Shown piece by piece: positions 58,501-64,000 of a DNA stretch of 64,000 nt. Made by a program: the position numbers and the translations under genes. Source of the DNA: Oopsacas minuta (taxonomy: Eukaryota; Animalia; Porifera); the NCBI GenBank assembly GCA_024704765.1, contig JAKMXF010000044.1, forward strand, positions 558,001-622,000, read 5' to 3'. Position 1 is the first letter of the stretch. Each line of letters begins with the position of its first letter. Under the pieces are notes generated by a model that saw only the letters and a list, made by a program, of their open reading frames with translations, had not been told where the DNA came from and made no database searches.

Positions 58501-60730
58501 CTCAGGGATATTTGTTTTTGTCCTTTCAAGGGGGCATGCCTCCCTGAACCCGTGTTGATACCGCAATGCACCAGAACCGTCTGATTTTGGGCTCTGGGAT
58601 CTGAGAAATATTTAAAAATATTCAATATTATTGGTCCCTTACTGTAGTTCAAGTTCTATCCTAAAGTCCTATAAATAGAATTACGAATAATTATCCTGCA
58701 ATTACCCCTGTCAAACTTTTGAATCGAAATCTCTAGAATTAATCTGAAATCTGTGTATAAATATGATTGATCATATGTTAAATCACTAAGTGAGAGATTT
58801 GAAAATGTCAAAATTCGTATCTACATACTCGATTATCCCTGACTAGCAGCTGTAACGAATCTCTAGATGATTTGAAAATATGGAAATATGTGTGAAAATA
58901 TGGCACATCATGTAAGATATAGATTTTAAAATGTGAAATTTGAGGTCTACATACTCGATTACCTCTGACTAGAAGTTGAAATGAAATCTCTAGCATCATT
59001 TTGAAATATTACCAAAAGGTGTGAAAACAGAATTAATCATATGATAAATCTGCGAATTAGTTACTTTCAGTTCTGAAAATCTCAAAATCGGATCATATAC
59101 ACCCAATTACCCATGGCAACAAACTGAAACTTAGTCTCTAGCATGTTTTTTGGTTTTACGAAGAAAGGTGTAAAAATATGATTAATCAACAAAAGGTGTG
59201 AAATATTCACTTTAGAAGAAATTCATACCCGAAGTGCAAATCTCCGACCCAAAACGTATATGTATACCAATTTTTATGTAAATCTGACTGTTAGATTTCG
59301 CACAAAAGCGAAGACAGAAGGACTTACAGACGTCGCACATGGTCCTTGCTATTAGGGCATCTCCCTATAGGAGCTGCACTAAAAATCAAAAAATTATAGC
59401 CAACAATTCGCCCAATATCACTTACTAATTATGATTGATTACGATAGGACTACAAATGATGATAAATAGACACCCATTGGAATTAGCAAGTATCGGAAAT
59501 GCACTTAGGCAAAACGCATTTGTCCTGCAGCACATAAGTACGTAAGAATCAATACTGTGTAGTGTATATTTAGCAGATGCAGTGCTCACGCTCACTTAAG
59601 ACCTCTATACAAAAATCCTCTAGAAAACATTGCAATGGACTCCCTATTATGAGAAATTTTACACGAACAACAACTAAGATACAAACATACCTGCATACTC
59701 GTTAGTATCTGTCATTATTGCTGTATACGTTCTACTAGTTCCTCCATCCTCAGTGACATCACAGCTGTAGTAACCTGGCTGAGTAGTGTACACTTGTATA
59801 GTACTAACTCCTGTACTAGAATCAGTTGTAGCAGTGAGATCAGTTCTGATACCAGCTAGATCTACATAACTCCACATCACTTCTGGTGTGTTCATATTCT
59901 CTGTGACACAGTAGAGAGTAGTATCTGTTATTAGGACAGCATTGTCTGATAGTGATGATGGTGTGGAAGCAATTATTTCTCCAAATGTGTTCACTAAGGA
60001 AATATTGTAATATATGAATGTACGTATGCTATGGGAATGTGAATCATATTTCAAGGATTGTACAGATTTCTAAGAAATCTAAAGTTATACGTTTCTATAA
60101 GAATAAGAATCAATTTTCAGAAAGATAATTGTAATGTTTCAAGAGCTATGTTTATACAATACAAAGTATATTTATCTTACTATACTCTTACCGTGAGTAC
60201 TACAGAAGTAGCACATCAGAAGGTTTGTGCATCTAAGATCATTCCATTTTGGATTTCCAAAAGTCTGTACACAATCTTCATTACCATTGCTATTGGGTTC
60301 CCCAGGGGCCCAATTCCTATATGCACTATCACTACCATCAGCCCAAATATATGTCCCTTCAGCATTTATGTCATTTAGTCCTATCCAACACCTAACAGTT
60401 GAATCAGTTAATGTACCATACATCAATGTATTCTCTTCTGTGGATGTCACTGTAGCTAGGTCGTAGCCACTTACAACACACTGTTGTCTAGCATCTGCCC
60501 AGTTAACACCAGAACTTGTGAAATACCTGAAACATGTCCTTTTGTTAGAAATCGCGTTACAACCGCTTGTAGGCACTACAACACCCGGGACATTTGTTAG
60601 TGGTAATCTCAACATTAAATATTTAACGGTCAATGGACACAAAATTATACATACCTTGTGAATTTACTAGAGTATACAACTGAAGCAAAAAAATCAACAA
60701 TTTGAAACCGATGTATTTCATGGAGCTCAT
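43532..60730 (-). CDS. Large type-I membrane receptor (~1,900 aa if all exons are used): SP, 4x[CTL+Ig], Ig, Ig, 2x[Ig-Ig-Ig], FN3, S/T stalk, TM, Tyr tail. Exons 60730-60655, 60575-60192, 59993-59691, 56947-56567, 56372-56070, 55967-55584, 55385-55083, 54980-54600, 54405-54103, 54027-53770, 53587-53312, 52245-51940, 51792-51535, 51407-51132, 46922-46617, 46469-46212, 46085-(gap, broken), 44253-43532
   Basis: Signal exon MSSMKYIGFKLLIFLLQLYTLVNSQ. CTL exons with WIGL, EPN and WND. Ig exons TTLYC..W..PGYYSC. Last exon FN3-like, then ILIVGIAVMIILLILFFIMTVLIVCCVV and KRKK. All internal exons are phase 1-1. Joining them into one transcript is inferred. Confidence 0.72.
44400..44760 (+). mobile_element. 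Helentron/DINE-1-like non-autonomous repeat; other copies ~52520-52740, 59200-59385
   Basis: (cgtc)n-like motif, catgaaattggtatac, and palindrome gtgcatctcctatagggagatgcac at 52522-52546. The class assignment is an inference. Confidence 0.5.
44907..45146. mobile_element. Tc1/pogo-type MITE
   Basis: ta|ccgtatttccctgaata...tatttagggaaatacgg|ta. Confidence 0.7.
45841..45893. other. Assembly gap (N run) inside a duplicated Ig exon
   Basis: 53 Ns; the same exon sequence occurs on both sides. Confidence 0.98.
47243..47325. mobile_element. Tc1/pogo-type MITE
   Basis: ta|caatggaagcc...ggcttccactg|ta. Confidence 0.65.
47785..48255. repeat. 36-bp tandem array in the left TIR; includes N gap 47814-48056
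   Basis: Unit acacaattggtgatatcttatcagattcgtaatacg. Confidence 0.9.
48403..50562 (+). pseudogene. Integrase/transposase pseudogene (zinc-binding region, DDE core, GPY motif, C-terminal extension)
   Basis: ISNYLDSKSYP..KR, CVRCQK, RVGVDLTGP, IDHFTRW, IITDNGTEF, STPYHPQTNGLVE and K*IGPYPV, read across several stops and frameshifts. Confidence 0.82.
50595..50830. repeat. 36-bp tandem array in the right TIR (reverse complement of the left)
   Basis: About 6.5 copies of gatatcaccaattgtgtcgtattacgaatctgataa. Confidence 0.92.
52984..53170. mobile_element. Tc1/pogo-type MITE
   Basis: ta|cagtgaagtgtccg...gactccactg|ta. Confidence 0.65.
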
Positions 60731-61504
60731 TATAGTTTCTTATTAGATATGTATTATACTTATAGTCCATACAAGCATATTTATATATCACAATCATCTT
60801 GTATCAACTTACAGTTTTATGCTCTGATAACTGAAGGACATATCTTTTTCTCTACAGACATATTAGCTGTGATACTGCTGAGGAGTGGTAACAAGCCATG
60901 TGATCACTAATTCCAATATATCAGTATATTATATATTACTACATATACATATATCCAATATCTATTGCATATCCAATTTTTCCACGTTAGTCCAAACCTT
61001 TTCCACTAGGTTGCTAGGAATTTTGTATGTAAATTTCATTATTCTCCATTTTTATCTCAAATACACGAAGTTATTTTAATTTTAAATGTCAATCAACATA
61101 TGTGTTTTTAGGGAAATACACACATTCACTATCATTTTACCCTCCTAATGGGTCTGAATTTCGTAAGTTTATCTGGTAATATTTCGTTATATACTTTTCC
61201 TAAATATATATTTAGAAATACTGTAAAATTTTCTGTTCCTGTATAGTGTGTATGTAGATACAGCTTATGAACAGTTCCACTAATGTATTTACCAATTAAT
61301 TGTGTTTCTAGGCGATCTTAATTTGACCAATAATGTTCACTTATTTTCCTTTTTAACCACTATTTTGCTAGCCACAGTGACTATCCATATTCACTCCAAA
61401 TCTCTGGTTAGAAGGACATTTATATTTGAAATGATAAATGGGGATTGGGGGTGTTTTCAGGAGATTGCCTGTCCCGACCTCCCCCACTTATAGAGGTTCT
61501 ACTG

Positions 61505-61624
61505 CAGTGGTTCCCAACCTAGGGTCCACGAACCCCTTAGTGGTCTATGGACGACAGCAGGGGGTCCACAGAATATGTTAAAATTTGTATAGGGTCCACG
61601 GGTGAAAAAATTTGTGAACCGCTG
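61505..61624. mobile_element. Degenerate hAT-type MITE
   Basis: cagtggttcccaac / tttgtgaaccgctg TIR; no matching TSD. Confidence 0.55.
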
Positions 61625-62325
61625 TATATTTATTGACAGTTATTATCATTGAAGAAATGTGTAATATATAGGATTTTGTGCATTAACAATCGGATATTCT
61701 TAACAAATTTTCGTGTAAAGAATGTATTTAAAATATTCGGTTTCTGCTGTACAATAGAAATATAATTATCCAATATAATGTCCGAAAAATCCCACAAACA
61801 TCTACGATTGTCAAATATACTTGTACTTGTTTGTATATAAATCCTTTACAAAGTATTTGTATTTAAATACATTCTCATCAGAGAGTATTTGTATTTGTAA
61901 TTAAACACTTTTCAAAGTAATTGACCCATTGTCTGATCACAAGTAAAAATTGTTGGGGCCATGGCTCCACTGGCCCCACTGGCCTCACCTACTCGTACGC
62001 CCCTGTGTACCAGATCCCTCGCTACCCGTAAATTAGCGAGAGCACTTACTATGTGTTTATGGTGATTATACAAATGTCAATAGAATTCAATTTACGGTAG
62101 CAACCTTTTCTTCTTGAAGTGCTGGCAGCACGTTGGGTGTGGTTCTAGGTCATTTGATGTCAAGATATACATTTTCAAGGCTGTATTTCAGTGGCGAAAA
62201 TTTACCAATAAAAGTGGTTAAGGAGGAAAATATATTAGAAATTTTGTTCAAATTTCAATAGAATCATCTACAAATACAAGCTAAGGTTCAATTCAGCAAA
62301 ACTCTTTGCTGAATTCCAAGTAATG

Positions 62326-62542
62326 AGCTAAATACCAAATAAATATTACATAAATATTACATAAGCTGAATACCAAATAAATATTACATAAATATTACAT
62401 AAGCTGAATACCAAATAAATATTACATAAATATTACATAAGCTAAATACCAAATAAATATTACATAAATATTACATAAGCTGAATACCAAATAAATATTA
62501 CATAAATATTACATAAGCTGAATACCAAATAAATATTACATA
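62326..62542. repeat. 38-bp tandem minisatellite, ~5.7 copies
   Basis: Unit agct(a/g)aataccaaataaatattacataaatattacata. Confidence 0.95.
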
Positions 62543-63311
62543 TGTACACAGGAAATTATGCAAACCTAGCGTCGCACCTAAAGGCGCATGAATTTCAGCT
62601 AATATATCTCTAACGATGAGAGAATTCGGCCAAGAGTCTTTGATAATATCATTAATATGCCACTTGAAAATTGCCAAATGCCAAATTGATCAAATTTCAA
62701 GCAAATAATATACACCAGGAGTAGAACTTTTGTGACAATTGACTTTGCGTTATATTTATGTCAATCCAATTTTACATGCTATTTAATTAAATTCAGTAGA
62801 ACGTCAGTTATCCGAACATGATGGGACCGAGGAGGGGGTTTGGATAACTGAAAATGAACTGTTACGCCCCATACCCCGAAGTAGAGTGGAGCCCCGTCTC
62901 TTAGTATCAAATGATAAACATGCTATACAACGATTCGAATAGTGCGTTAAAATACGCTGGAACAACATGTATGGCTTCTTATCCACTAATCCAAGGTAAA
63001 TAATACCTTCAAAAACAACTCAAGTAGTGCGTTAAAATACACTTAACAACACTATGGAATAGCCTTGATTTAACAATTAAATATTTGAATTCAACATGTT
63101 CCGGGGTAGATGTTAATATGTTCCATACCATATTAAAGAATCTTTTAAAATGGCTGTGATAAGACGGAAACGAACACATTCCACTATGATCACTCGTAAG
63201 TTTAATGTAATAAACTCATGTTATTACAATTGTTTATTAATTAACTATCCGAGCAACACCAAATAACAATCCTGACACTAATCCAAACAAACTCCTTACT
63301 ATAGTTAGAAC

Positions 63312-63765
63312 TAAGGCATTAGTCGATCGTGTTGAACAAGATCGCGACCCGACCTCGATCTTAGCTGAAATTCTGATCGGCGATCCCGATCAAGATCCTT
63401 ATTCCAAAAACGATCTCGATCATTTTCCGATCGTTTTGTGTAATATTCAAGACATATATTTTGATAGTTACATCATTTCTTATACCAAAAGTAACATAAG
63501 TGGAGAATCAACGCATTCTACGAACGAATATTACTGATTGTACACAAATTTGGAACAATTGCCTAAGTATAAATAACGCTAATAATAGTAGCATTCGAAG
63601 TATACAAAAATGATCGAAAAATGATCGAAAATTTTTGTGCAAAAAAGGATCGCGATCTTGCATCAGATCCTTAATAAAACAATGATCGCCGATCGTCGCC
63701 AGATCATCAAAAACGTATCGTGATCGTGATCGAGTGATCAATGATCGTACGATCCTAATGCCCTA
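63312..63765. mobile_element. hAT-type MITE with GATC-rich subterminal repeats
   Basis: Perfect 8-bp TSD gttagaac (63304-63311, 63766-63773); ends taaggcatt / aatgcccta. Confidence 0.85.
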
Positions 63766-64000
63766 GTTAGAACTTAGAAGAGTAGACTAAAATTTCAAAA
63801 TACAACAATAGAAGTTTAGAATTAACTGATTAATAATATAACTACAGAAGAACTCTGTTAGGATTAGGGTACCATTGCCAAAATTATTTCCAGGCCATTG
63901 ATTATATTCTCTTTGATCATGAAGAATTGCAGTTATAATTACAAATTCTACTATAAATAGGTTTCCACATACAGCGGAGACATCTAGAATACTTTTGAAC

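Noticed and set aside
54629-60466. Plus-strand ORFs at 54629, 55450, 55619, 56638, 60058 and 60227
   Set aside because: They are antisense shadows of the duplicated lectin exons; they recur only because the DNA is duplicated.
63508-63741. 77-aa minus-strand ORF
   Set aside because: It lies within the hAT MITE's GATC repeats.

Overview
This is eukaryotic, AT-rich, gene-dense animal DNA with GT-AG introns, many of them 50-200 bp. It is most consistent with a sponge, and the compact style suggests a hexactinellid; the organism is an inference and was not verified. The left ~40 kb holds housekeeping and signalling genes: TP53RK, DDX23, NADK, NUDCD3, a divergent ETS factor, a glypican, SPOUT1, a TRAF-type zinc-finger-like ORF, RALBP1, an unknown Ubl+helical protein and FRG1. 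Several genes sit inside introns: calumenin in DDX23, and in NADK a Cys-to-Ser (silicatein-like) cathepsin lacking the propeptide plus two small ORFs sharing a REFTGNWD motif. The right ~20 kb is dominated by one ~17 kb minus-strand receptor gene model: signal peptide, 4x[C-type lectin + Ig], repeated Ig cassettes, FN3, TM and a Tyr tail, with all internal exons phase 1-1. It is interrupted by a degenerate Ginger-like integrase element whose long TIRs contain 36-bp arrays. Two fold-back hairpins made of MULE transposase coding sequence, many MITEs, Helitron/Helentron-like repeats and two N gaps are also present. No rRNA, tRNA or CRISPR array was recognised. Exon models were built by eye from splice signals and reading phase; no database searches were run.
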